From: a virus
Strand: one strand, 5' to 3'
Virus record (IMG/VR): IMGVR_UViG_3300048583_000366
Span: 3,655 to 67,654 of that record
Length of the DNA stretch: 64,000 nucleotides
The notes below the pieces were generated by a model, which made no database searches, was not told the DNA's origin, and worked only from the letters and a program-made list of their open reading frames with translations. Below are positions 45,523-55,380 of the stretch, piece after piece. Both the position numbers and the translations under genes were made by a program. Position 1 is the stretch's first letter, and each line of letters starts with the position of its first letter.

Positions 45523-46860
45523 TTAGATGGATTTCATATCCTGGTAGTTTTTTCCGAACTTAGCGGAAGTCTTATATCCCCCCTCTTGCAAAATGCCTAA
45601 AATATCGTTTAGTAAGGCCTTTCCGTCCTCCTTAGAATAATCTATCAAAAATGAGTCGTAGCAGTAAAGTATCAGTCGGCTCCTTTTATTATTTAGGAAT
45701 TTTAGAAGATTGGACAGTATTGTTAGATTTCTAGCAGTTTCATAATCTTGCAGTATATATGGCAATATCTGGGTTTTTGTTTCAATTCCAGTGAGTCTCT
45801 TTCCGGTAAGGAAGCTTTTTATATACCCGTCTTTTTTGTACTGATCCCACATAGTGTGTTTAAAGTCCCTGACCTTTGAGAAAAAAGGAATATTTTCAAC
45901 CTCCTCCAGCTCGTACTCATTGTACAGAAGTCTGAAAGTTAATCCCTTACTCTCGTCATACTCCTCTTTAGTTATGTCCTCTTTATTGTAGTAGTGTTTT
46001 GCCAGGTGTTTATGGATATCGTCATCTCCGAAAGTATAGTTTATTAAATTGCATAATATTCTAAGGTGATAAGACGAATAATCAAACTCAACTAGGAAAT
46101 CGTTGGAAGGGATTATAGCTTTCCTGGAACCGTCTTCTTTTTTTAAAGCAGCGAAGTTAATGCCATTAAAGGAATCAGAGGGTCTCCCGGTAGCCGTTTG
46201 CATATTGTATTGGCTATATATCTTACCGTCTTTTATGGATGCATCCTTTATTCTAGGGGAAAAATGCTTGTCGAATTCTTTCTGATCTATACTTATGCCT
46301 GTCTTCTCTATATAATGGAATATTTTAGTAGCCAGTTCTCCATATGTATCATACCCTGCAGTATTTATTAGTTTTTCTGGATTTTTAAAAAGAGAGATCA
46401 TCTTTTCCAATTTCTCATAATGCTTTGATACAGGTATTATTTTATTGACATCTTCTAAGTTGCCGTACTTAGAATAAAAGAATCTATGAGAATTAGTGTT
46501 ATAATCAGATTCATCTAAAGAAACCCCTTTGGTTAGAAATAGCCCCGTCCTTAAACAATATAGTGGGCCCTTTCTTCTAAAGTAGTATTTTAATCTTTTA
46601 GCATTTACTGCATATACCTTTCCTATTAATTCATTCACTACATTGGCTATAGAGGAATACGAAAGGGAAAGTGTCTCAGAATGGTTTATGGGTAGTATAA
46701 ATCCAGCCCTAGACCTGAAAGGCCTTATATAAACTAAGCTTGCCGGGGATATGGCATTGTGGTAATGATCATTGTATGGGACTACATCTACATAACATTG
46801 CGATAAGTCGTATTGACAGTATTTACTAAGCTGTTCTTCAGTCTCGATTATGTAATACAA
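45523..46860 (-). CDS. Second, compact/divergent family A DNA polymerase-like protein
   Basis: TATGRPS, INFAALKK, motif A EFDYSSYHLR, motif B SKGLTFRLLY, motif C LYCYDSFL. Confidence 0.8.
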   Translation of the reverse strand: MYYIIETEEQLSKYCQYDLSQCYVDVVPYNDHYHNAISPASLVYIRPFRSRAGFILPINHSETLSLSYSSIANVVNELIGKVYAVNAKRLKYYFRRKGPLYCLRTGLFLTKGVSLDESDYNTNSHRFFYSKYGNLEDVNKIIPVSKHYEKLEKMISLFKNPEKLINTAGYDTYGELATKIFHYIEKTGISIDQKEFDKHFSPRIKDASIKDGKIYSQYNMQTATGRPSDSFNGINFAALKKEDGSRKAIIPSNDFLVEFDYSSYHLRILCNLINYTFGDDDIHKHLAKHYYNKEDITKEEYDESKGLTFRLLYNEYELEEVENIPFFSKVRDFKHTMWDQYKKDGYIKSFLTGKRLTGIETKTQILPYILQDYETARNLTILSNLLKFLNNKRSRLILYCYDSFLIDYSKEDGKALLNDILGILQEGGYKTSAKFGKNYQDMKSI

Positions 46861-46878
46861 TTATGGCATTGTTTGAAA

Positions 46879-46886
46879 CAAAGATA
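46879..46886 (-). promoter_or_regulatory. Bacteroidota-type -7 box (TATCTTTG)
   Basis: TAnnTTTG at the junction between structural and replication blocks. Confidence 0.55.
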
Positions 46887-46889
46887 GGG

Positions 46890-47369
46890 CTATTTTATGT
46901 ATTGCCTAATATTTGTCAAAAAATTTTCTACCCCAGGTATTTCTTTTTTTAAGGAATTTATAACATTTTTGTTATCAGATCCGTCTCCGGATATCTTCCA
47001 TTTTATCTCTTTTACTAAGTATAAAGGGTTCTGTTCCAATCTTTTACTGTCTTCCTTAGACAATTCTCTAATACTGTATACGTCCCCGTTCACCCGTTTA
47101 GAGAAATATCTATATATGTACCCTGCCTCATAATCCTTTTCTGTGGGAGTTGGATAATACTGTCCGGTTATTTTTGATAAATTTCCCCTGTCTTTTATAG
47201 TGAGCTTTACTATTTCCCTGGCCTGGGGGGAATAGTCTTTCCCAGTATAGTACTTTCCATCAGTAGTGGCATAGTAAGGACCTCTGTAAGTCTGGTGAGT
47301 TTCCTTATAAATGAACTCCCCGGTACTTGTGTATAAATTTGAGGTTATTTCTGACTTAGGGTAATACAT
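46890..47369 (-). CDS. Putative baseplate/tail-associated protein
   Basis: MYYPKS...Y.GPYY...YTG, PTEKDY..G...RYF; last gene of tail operon. Confidence 0.55.
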   Translation of the reverse strand: MYYPKSEITSNLYTSTGEFIYKETHQTYRGPYYATTDGKYYTGKDYSPQAREIVKLTIKDRGNLSKITGQYYPTPTEKDYEAGYIYRYFSKRVNGDVYSIRELSKEDSKRLEQNPLYLVKEIKWKISGDGSDNKNVINSLKKEIPGVENFLTNIRQYIK

Positions 47370-50344
47370 TATTTTTTAAACGCTTTATCAAAAGTAAAGG
47401 ATAAACTCACACCACTATTTAATTTTGCAGGGTCCAAAATACCGTACTCATTATAAGCTTCAGGGTTATAATAAGGAACCTGATACCCACCATCTATTAC
47501 ACTAGGCACTATACTAGAAAGTATATTACTGGTATTTCCACTTAAAAGAGCCCCGACTATATCTTGTACTACTGTAGACCCTTCCATGTATTTTGCTTTG
47601 ATTCCAGAAAAAGCGTTATCAAAATACCTTTTTATCTCTGGGTGATCCATATCACGGTAATACGGATTATTTGAAATTATATAATCTAGGTATTTTATAA
47701 CATTCCCCTTTATATCTCCTACAACAGACGGAGCCTGGATTACTCCTGTTTGCTCAGAAGGTATTTGGGTTGCTGGAGAACTAAAAGTAGTTATGTCTAG
47801 ATAAGTAGACAATTGTGTAGGATCCTTCATAGATTTTTTTGTATTCCTACCAAAAGCTTTTTGCTGAGTTCCTGTATAAGTTGCCCTACCTATCATCTCT
47901 TTTTTCATGTAAGAAAAAGCAACTCCTATGTCCCCTTTAAATTGATCAAACATTGCTTTCATAGCCCGTAACCGTCCCCCTCTACTAGAGTATAGTAGCT
48001 CTGCTGTATCTTGCTCATACGACTTTATATCAAACTGATCTTTAAAAAAGTCATGTAAAAAAGCTATTAAAATGTTGTAGTTAATAACGCTGTTATAAAC
48101 AGAACTTTTCTCATTAGAAACTTCCTCATCTAATTCTTTAGTAAACGATCTTACAGATTTCCTAGTCTCTTTCTGTCTTTCCAGCTGATCTAGTAAACAA
48201 AATTGAGTTACTAATGTAGTAGTCCAATCAGGTCTGCTTATAGCTTGTGATATTCCTGTTACTATAAATCCAACTGCTTTGTTATTATATTCTGCAGGTA
48301 GCATATCTTTATCTATAGTAAATATTTCTCCTATGGTTACTCCTCCTAAACCATCCATTTCTATTTCTAAAAACAATGGTATAATTGCTTTATAGTTAGT
48401 CCCTTTATCTATCCGTACTAAGAGAGTATTTAAAAAGGTATTAAGAGCCCCCACAGATACTTCAGAATTGGTAAAAGATTTACCAGTCATTACGTACTGC
48501 TTAACATAAGTAAGAAGCACTCTTATATTACCGAGGAATATTTTCTTTTCCTGGGCCTCTAAATTATCCAATGATTCTCTAGATTCTCCAGAAATCCTAT
48601 ACAGTCTATCCTCTATGTTTTTATTCATGAAAACATTTGTAGAAGATTGGAGAGAGGCTATGTTCTCTCTTGACTGAGCAGCAATAGCTATCATAGTAGC
48701 TTGCTCTTGAAATATTCTGGATGTGAGATTATGCCTTCTCACAGTGGTATCTATTCCACCTATACTCAAATTAAACTTACTACCATACTCACTATCTTCC
48801 TCTAACTCTACATAGTGCTTATCTATTATAGCGCATCTGTTATCATTAACAGATAAATCAAAAGAGTTTATAGAGCCTAGAGTATAAGATATATCTTGCA
48901 ATAAAGCTCTTAAAAATTTTGCCACACTAACTCCACCATTACTAGCCTTATGCTCTATTTTATAGATATCTAATATCTTACCTATGTTTATGTAGATATT
49001 TCCTATGATTCCAAAATTAGTATTTTTATATAGGTATTCATCCATTTTATTTTGAGTAGGATATGCATTAGTTAATGATATCACTTCCGGTGAGTACCCG
49101 TTAGCTCCTAACAAATTAGCAGAACTATTCTGAATTACACATACAGAGTTATCTATTGTCATAGAGTTATAAGATGCTATGCAAAGTCCATTTCCTAAAT
49201 TATTGGTTATTTTAGGATGGGGTATTTCAAACTCCACCAGCTTTTGTCCTTTATCCAGGAAAATGTTGGTGAACTCATTAAGGATATGAATAAAATAAGC
49301 AAACTGTATATAGGTCTTACTACTTAGATTTGCAGTATAATCTAGCGTAGGGTTTACTGTTGAGTTAAAAGTACCAAAATATTTTATATCCTTATCTATT
49401 ATTGATAAACTCCCAATTGGTATTTTTTTATCTATCTGCTGTATTAATGCATCTGAAGTGTTTGTACTAGATACTCCTCCATTAGCTAGCGCTCCCATAA
49501 GTAGTTCAAACTCATCTTTCTTGTCTTGCAGATCTCTAACAAGATCATTTGTTGTTCCTACTTCTTGCTTCTTTATGATGACACCTTTCTCGGCATTCAT
49601 CTTTATACTTTCTATAACATCACCTATACTTATTAAAACGGTTGTACATTCGAATCCTCCATTAGGTAACATTGTGTAACTAAAGTTTTTTATGGTACCT
49701 AACATTCCTTCATAGTTTCCCTGGTACCTTTCATTATACTTTGCTAAATTAGAGTATATCCCTTCTATGGTTATAGTTGGATCGAAACAATCTAAAGTCT
49801 TGAAATCACCATCTATAACTTTGCCAGTATCGCTATTCAAATACATAGACCATCCCCACTCAAGAATTACATGATATCCAGGCTTCATAAAAAGAATGAA
49901 TAAATTCTCTAGCTGTTTTACGTCCCAGGCATAATATGTTATAGTAGCTTCTCTCAAAGATCCATAAGCCCCTTTTGATTTTATGTCTACGTGAGAAATA
50001 CCCGGCATAGGACGTATACCATATTGACCACTTCCTAAATTAGTGCCATAAGATCCACCTTTAACACTTACACCGCTACGCAATTTATTTTTTAAAGCAT
50101 CTTTAGGACTTGCTGGATCAGGGTAAAGGGTACCACCAAATAATATATAGTTTCTAGCTAATGTCTGATCTCCCTTATAGTCTACCAAGGAAGTCATTTT
50201 TACCCATGGAGATTTAGCAGATGTATACATTTGCAGATCTATAGGCCTTGCTCCATTAGCCCCTTCTTTGTAAGACAGTAGTTTCTGCCTTGCCTTTATC
50301 TGCTTCTGTAAATGTGGTTTAAAAGTTTGTTTAAATATAGACAT
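47369..50344 (-). CDS. Baseplate hub / tail-associated large protein
   Basis: RPMPGI, GSLREAT, LEWGWS, GGFECTT, EMDGLGG..IG..F...W.T.L pattern; follows LysM-like gene. Confidence 0.65.
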   Translation of the reverse strand: MSIFKQTFKPHLQKQIKARQKLLSYKEGANGARPIDLQMYTSAKSPWVKMTSLVDYKGDQTLARNYILFGGTLYPDPASPKDALKNKLRSGVSVKGGSYGTNLGSGQYGIRPMPGISHVDIKSKGAYGSLREATITYYAWDVKQLENLFILFMKPGYHVILEWGWSMYLNSDTGKVIDGDFKTLDCFDPTITIEGIYSNLAKYNERYQGNYEGMLGTIKNFSYTMLPNGGFECTTVLISIGDVIESIKMNAEKGVIIKKQEVGTTNDLVRDLQDKKDEFELLMGALANGGVSSTNTSDALIQQIDKKIPIGSLSIIDKDIKYFGTFNSTVNPTLDYTANLSSKTYIQFAYFIHILNEFTNIFLDKGQKLVEFEIPHPKITNNLGNGLCIASYNSMTIDNSVCVIQNSSANLLGANGYSPEVISLTNAYPTQNKMDEYLYKNTNFGIIGNIYINIGKILDIYKIEHKASNGGVSVAKFLRALLQDISYTLGSINSFDLSVNDNRCAIIDKHYVELEEDSEYGSKFNLSIGGIDTTVRRHNLTSRIFQEQATMIAIAAQSRENIASLQSSTNVFMNKNIEDRLYRISGESRESLDNLEAQEKKIFLGNIRVLLTYVKQYVMTGKSFTNSEVSVGALNTFLNTLLVRIDKGTNYKAIIPLFLEIEMDGLGGVTIGEIFTIDKDMLPAEYNNKAVGFIVTGISQAISRPDWTTTLVTQFCLLDQLERQKETRKSVRSFTKELDEEVSNEKSSVYNSVINYNILIAFLHDFFKDQFDIKSYEQDTAELLYSSRGGRLRAMKAMFDQFKGDIGVAFSYMKKEMIGRATYTGTQQKAFGRNTKKSMKDPTQLSTYLDITTFSSPATQIPSEQTGVIQAPSVVGDIKGNVIKYLDYIISNNPYYRDMDHPEIKRYFDNAFSGIKAKYMEGSTVVQDIVGALLSGNTSNILSSIVPSVIDGGYQVPYYNPEAYNEYGILDPAKLNSGVSLSFTFDKAFKK

Positions 50345-50356
50345 TTTAATATAACA

Positions 50357-50656
50357 TTATATTGTGTTAAGAGCATCGTATTGTGCTTTTAATTCTGCTG
50401 TGTTGGATGGTATTCTTAATTGTGTTCCAGGTTGTACAAACATACTATCCCCAGGAAGATTATTAGCGGCTATCAATATCCAATAATCATCAACAGTACC
50501 ATAATAGTCAAAAGATATTATGTCCAGCCTATCACCATATACTGTTATGATGTAAATATCTTCATCCCTATATGGAACAGCCGGATACTTAGAACCCCTG
50601 TAGTATCTTTTTCCTGTTTTAAAATCTTTTAATATGTTTATATTATCGTATCTCAT
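50357..50656 (-). CDS. LysM-like baseplate protein (tail X / gp53-like)
   Basis: GDRLDIISFDYYG..DYWILIAANN...PGTQLRIP. Confidence 0.85.
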   Translation of the reverse strand: MRYDNINILKDFKTGKRYYRGSKYPAVPYRDEDIYIITVYGDRLDIISFDYYGTVDDYWILIAANNLPGDSMFVQPGTQLRIPSNTAELKAQYDALNTI

Positions 50657-50664
50657 ATTGTTAT

Positions 50665-52554
50665 TTATTCAGGTTCTCTAGTATACGAGAAATCACTGGT
50701 AGCTGTCTTTCCAAAATTATCAGATTTTTCTGGTTCTGGTACCGATAGAGACCATTTAGGTTTTTTCTTTATTGGCTCAGGAGCAGGTACTGATTCCTTT
50801 AATTCTTTTTTCTCAGCATTTGGCATAGTTCCTTTACTAAGCCATTTTTGTCCCTCTTTTATTTTTGGAAAATAATCTATTCCAATAAAAGGAGACTGTG
50901 CAGATTTCCTAGGTAAGAAGTTGTATATAGGAATGAATGTCATGCTACATTTTATTAATTGAGGTAGCTCATGCATATCCTTATCATTACCATCTTCATA
51001 CTCATCTATAGCTATATCCCAATTACTGTCCTCATCTATTATCATATCTAAAGAAGTTATTACTCCAGGCTGATATAATAGAAAATTACCTACAGTAAGT
51101 TCGGATAAATTTCCTCTCATCCTACCTAAAGAATTGTAATCAGGTGTCAAAGTGGATATCAAGTAATTCAATTTTTGATAAATTGATTTCATCTCAAATC
51201 TACTGGATGCAGCTATAGTAAAATTTATATGGAAAGATTCAGCAAACCCATCATATAAGTAAAAATTTTCTCCCCTTCCCATATAAGAGTAATCTTTCCA
51301 CTTGGAAGTAAAAGATCTTTTTATAGTGTTGATGTAGGATCTAAATACCATGTAAACACCTTTTGTTGGGTTGTCATTATCTATGGATTTTATCCTAAAT
51401 TTTATCATGTCACGAATAGCCGTAACATTATTTCCATTATCATCCGGATTGTACCCTACATCATTACCATTAAAATCCTTAACTGTGCCAAAATCAGGAT
51501 TAGGTTTATCGCTATAATACAGACTAAGAGCATTAACTCTATCATGAGTGTTAGATACATTACTGGTGTAATCTACCCTCTCATAAAGACTCTTTCTATT
51601 CTTAGCTATGCCCAACCTATTCTCTAAGTTAAGCTTTTTATAGTTTGTTACTGGTAGAACATTTCCAGGTACCAGTGTTTTAAGTTTATTTTTGTAGCCC
51701 CTAAAATCACTTTTTTCTCCAAACTCATAGTACCCTTGCCCGGGTACATCAGAATTATAGTAGAATTTTACAGCCATGGAACTTTGGGAGTCTTCCACAA
51801 CCGGAGTTATTAAGTTTTTTGTTGGTATAGCAACGAACCTGCTTCCTGCCACATCCTTAGAATTATAATCGTCCAAGAAATCAACTACTCTATTTCCAGC
51901 ATTTAAAGTATTCCCATATCTTCCTATGGTAGTATCCCCTAGCCCATATAAAGACCCTGGGCCCCCTTTATACTTTAGTACATAGTTTCTCTGGCTCTTC
52001 CTCATATCTCCTCCAGAATAGTCAGAACTAAGCGCTCTGGACAATGTAACCAATCTATTTCCACCCTCACGATCTTTTACTATGACATAGTTAGAGTAAT
52101 CGCTTGTATTAGATACTCCGGGGAACTCTCCATGCCTCATAAACCTGGCACCAATACCTGATCCAGCTACTTGAGCAAGCAAGGGTAGCGGACTCCATAC
52201 TCTAGTGGATCCAAATTTTTCTTTATTGCTATCAGTTGATTCTCCGTTATGTTCTAACCTTACATTACTCTTTTGAAGTCCTATCTGCTTAACCATAAAC
52301 AATGGTCCACTGATAGTGCTGGTAAGGAATTTTCCTATTCTAAGAACATCTGCTGCTGATCTAGTAGCTATTGTAGCTGCTCCGAATTGAAGAAATCCAT
52401 CATCAAAATTAGAAGGACTCCATCTAAATCCTGGAGGAGTGGTTATAAGAGGCTTCTCGGAACCATACCCTATTTTATTTTGAGTAAAGTTTCCCGGCCC
52501 ACTATAATAATCAAAAGTGGCTAGATTGTTAGCTAAATCTCTTAGTGACGGCAT
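50665..52554 (-). CDS. Baseplate / tail-tube-initiator-like structural protein
   Basis: C-terminal FRSYI...W...YMGRGENFYLY.G...PDY...M.G...LTVG...PG.I.SL; directly after tape measure region. Confidence 0.6.
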   Translation of the reverse strand: MPSLRDLANNLATFDYYSGPGNFTQNKIGYGSEKPLITTPPGFRWSPSNFDDGFLQFGAATIATRSAADVLRIGKFLTSTISGPLFMVKQIGLQKSNVRLEHNGESTDSNKEKFGSTRVWSPLPLLAQVAGSGIGARFMRHGEFPGVSNTSDYSNYVIVKDREGGNRLVTLSRALSSDYSGGDMRKSQRNYVLKYKGGPGSLYGLGDTTIGRYGNTLNAGNRVVDFLDDYNSKDVAGSRFVAIPTKNLITPVVEDSQSSMAVKFYYNSDVPGQGYYEFGEKSDFRGYKNKLKTLVPGNVLPVTNYKKLNLENRLGIAKNRKSLYERVDYTSNVSNTHDRVNALSLYYSDKPNPDFGTVKDFNGNDVGYNPDDNGNNVTAIRDMIKFRIKSIDNDNPTKGVYMVFRSYINTIKRSFTSKWKDYSYMGRGENFYLYDGFAESFHINFTIAASSRFEMKSIYQKLNYLISTLTPDYNSLGRMRGNLSELTVGNFLLYQPGVITSLDMIIDEDSNWDIAIDEYEDGNDKDMHELPQLIKCSMTFIPIYNFLPRKSAQSPFIGIDYFPKIKEGQKWLSKGTMPNAEKKELKESVPAPEPIKKKPKWSLSVPEPEKSDNFGKTATSDFSYTREPE

Positions 52555-52775
52555 TATGTAGGAAGGTTGTCCAAATACTTAGATGGATTCTCAGGAAAAG
52601 TCAATTTCTCATTAACTGGACGTTGCCTTCTCAAGTAAGCACTAGCATAGCTACTAAAAGGAGGTTTTCCATTAGTAGAAGATGTAAAGTGCAAAGTTGA
52701 GCCAGCTCCCAGTTCGAAATTATTAGGCCTTCCGTCCGGGTAAGCCATTTTTGATTTTAAATCTCTTAGTGCCAT
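52554..52775 (-). CDS. small structural-region protein
   Basis: ATATTTATA motif upstream; ends P.KYLDNLP. Confidence 0.6.
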   Translation of the reverse strand: MALRDLKSKMAYPDGRPNNFELGAGSTLHFTSSTNGKPPFSSYASAYLRRQRPVNEKLTFPENPSKYLDNLPT

Positions 52776-52802
52776 AATTGTTTTCTATTTTATATAAATA
52801 TG

Positions 52803-55064
52803 CTACGCAAACAAAGTACGTGAGGTTCCTAGAGTGGATCCAACTAAATTGGAGTCTAAATAAACCCCTTTACTCTTCTCAACAGCAGAAATAAGTTGAT
52901 CAAATTTTTGCTCAAGACCACTATTGTCATTACCCCCGTTTCCGGAAAGCATTTGAGATGGGGGAGCAGTACTAGTATATACGTAGTCATTCTTATCTGG
53001 AACTATACCCCCTTTAGGAGTAGATATCATTATCTGTCCATTAGGAGCGATTGCTGAATCACTAACTGCTGCAGCTGTTCCTAATCCTAGTGCTGCAATT
53101 CCACCTCCTACGGCTCCCAAAGTTGCTGCAGCAGCTAGGTTAGCTCCTCCAGTTATAGCAGTCATTGCTACAGCTGCAGCAACTAAAAGACTTACAACTC
53201 CAACTAAGGCAACTTTTAAAGCAGCAGTATGCTCTAATATTCCAGCAACAAACTCCAATATCTTGGTTAAAGGTCCTGACATCCTTATGAATACTTCTTT
53301 TATCCTATTCATAGCTTCTTCAAACCTGGCAGCTAGTGAAGCCCTGGCTATATCTTGAGCAAGTATTTGACCATTCTTTTGTTTTTCTATATCTTTCCTT
53401 AATGCCTCAGCTTGAGCATCTTCTCCCATACTTTTTAGAACATTATATCTTTTCTCCAACTCTTCTTTATTAGCAAATCCTAATTTTCTAACTACTTCTT
53501 CTTGTTGTGCAAATTTTGTTAACTCTTCAGCAGATAATCCTATAGATTCAGCAAGGGCTTTTCTTGAAATAACATTTAATTTTGTCAGTTCATTAAGACC
53601 TCCTGCCTGTTTTACTACATCGGCAGCTGCAGCAGCAGAGTCTCCGTTCAATGCTAATAACCTAGCCTTCTCAAAATTTAATTGTTTTCCAAGTAGTAAC
53701 TCAGATTTTAATTCTCCTTCTATAGAACTTTCAAACTCCAACAAACTGTCAGCTATCTTTCTAGTATCATCCAGAGTCATACCAAGTTTCTGAGCTTGTA
53801 CGACAGCTTTAGCTATAAGTTCTGGTTGATTTTTATACGCAGTGGATATCTCAGAATTAACTTTAGCTATTTCTGCTATAATTTTTTTATTAGAGAGAAA
53901 AGATTTGTTTTGTTTTAAAGAGGTATCAAGAATACTTTTAGCAGAGTCTCCTGTTAACACAGCAAATTTCTGAATACCAGCTGCTTCATCAGCGCTTAAA
54001 CCCATTTGCTTTGTCATGACAATCTGATTCTGGATCATTTCATCCGACAACATTGCAGATACTCCTAGAGATTCTTGAATGGATGCCAGGGCTTCTGACA
54101 TGTTCTTCATACTTATAAAAGACTTATCTAATATTCCAGTGAAGTCTCTTCCAGCTTGTGATATTTCATAAAAGGTAGAATTTATACCACGAGCACTTTC
54201 TTTAGTAAGAGCCATGGTATTTCCCATGCTAGTAACTCCCTTATCAAACTCTATAGTTAAAGTAATACCTTTTTTTATAAGGTCTATGACCTTACCCCAT
54301 AATTGATAAGCTATAAATCCAGCTATTATTTTATTTCCGCCAGTTTCTTTCCCCTGGTCCCTTAGATCTTTTATTAAAGATATCCACCCTTTTTTGGCGC
54401 TCTCTGCTGCTCTTTCTAAATCTATAAAGTGTCCTAAGATTGGTATTTTAGATAGAGAATTTAATAATCCGGAGAGTGCTTTAGTCTCATTTTGAGCTAT
54501 AGTTGCTTTTCTATTGAACTTATCAAGTGATCCTAGCATTCTTTCTAATGCAGCTCTATTAAGTTTAACAGCTTCCTGTTGAGCATCTAAGAAGTTAATA
54601 GTTTCTTGATATTCAGAATTGAGTCTATCCACTATCTCTGCATCATTTAACAATAAAGCATTTTTGTCATTATGGGCTCTGGCTAGTTGTTTAAACTGAG
54701 CTACCATAGTATCCATGGACTTTTCTTGAAGTTCCTCATTTTTCTTAGTAGCACTTTCTCTAGCCTCAACTATTCTTTTCCTTTGAACCTCAGTTTCTTT
54801 TATAAGTTCGTTTAATCTGTTCTGCTTTACATAGGATTCTCCTAACCGGGTATTTATAGCAAGAATATTTTCAGAAGTGTTTTTGATGCCAGTTGCAATC
54901 TCCTGGGCTCGTCCCATACTCCTCCTAAACTCTACCATTGCAGTTGTTAGAAGTCTGGCATTATCAGCCGTCTCAGCAAAATCCTCTCTTAAGGCAGCTA
55001 TATTTTGAGATATTTCGCTTGATAGTTCGTTTAGCCTTTGATATTCCTTTTCTTGTTCAGTCAT
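52803..55064 (-). CDS. Tail tape measure protein
   Basis: Long helical Ala/Leu/Lys-rich protein with hydrophobic C-terminal stretch; downstream of tube and chaperones. Confidence 0.85.
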   Translation of the reverse strand: MTEQEKEYQRLNELSSEISQNIAALREDFAETADNARLLTTAMVEFRRSMGRAQEIATGIKNTSENILAINTRLGESYVKQNRLNELIKETEVQRKRIVEARESATKKNEELQEKSMDTMVAQFKQLARAHNDKNALLLNDAEIVDRLNSEYQETINFLDAQQEAVKLNRAALERMLGSLDKFNRKATIAQNETKALSGLLNSLSKIPILGHFIDLERAAESAKKGWISLIKDLRDQGKETGGNKIIAGFIAYQLWGKVIDLIKKGITLTIEFDKGVTSMGNTMALTKESARGINSTFYEISQAGRDFTGILDKSFISMKNMSEALASIQESLGVSAMLSDEMIQNQIVMTKQMGLSADEAAGIQKFAVLTGDSAKSILDTSLKQNKSFLSNKKIIAEIAKVNSEISTAYKNQPELIAKAVVQAQKLGMTLDDTRKIADSLLEFESSIEGELKSELLLGKQLNFEKARLLALNGDSAAAAADVVKQAGGLNELTKLNVISRKALAESIGLSAEELTKFAQQEEVVRKLGFANKEELEKRYNVLKSMGEDAQAEALRKDIEKQKNGQILAQDIARASLAARFEEAMNRIKEVFIRMSGPLTKILEFVAGILEHTAALKVALVGVVSLLVAAAVAMTAITGGANLAAAATLGAVGGGIAALGLGTAAAVSDSAIAPNGQIMISTPKGGIVPDKNDYVYTSTAPPSQMLSGNGGNDNSGLEQKFDQLISAVEKSKGVYLDSNLVGSTLGTSRTLFA

Positions 55065-55098
55065 CCCTTACTTGCTTTGATATAAATATCAAAAGCTG

Positions 55099-55380
55099 CT
55101 ATTTTTTAGCAGCTCTTGGGCTTGTGAAGTCCGGTAAATCCTCTTTTCTCTTGGAAAGATCAGCCATGGATAGAGATGTGCCACCATTTTTAGCCTTTTC
55201 TACCTCTTCCTTTCTTCGTAGGTTAATATCTGATATCTTCTTTACGTTGAATGCCCTATAAGCTATGGGCATGTGATAAGCCTCTGAATAAGATATTCCT
55301 CCTTCAGAGTTCATAGCAAGCCATAATACCTCATCGAACATTAAACTCCTATACTCAAAGCTCAGGCCAAAAAAAGTCAA
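55099..55380 (-). CDS. Tail assembly chaperone extension ('GT'/gp51-like), likely frameshift product
   Basis: Overlaps upstream gene across a T7 run; EAYHMPI.YR motif; only a TTG or internal ATG start. Confidence 0.6.
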   Translation of the reverse strand: MTFFGLSFEYRSLMFDEVLWLAMNSEGGISYSEAYHMPIAYRAFNVKKISDINLRRKEEVEKAKNGGTSLSMADLSKRKEDLPDFTSPRAAKK

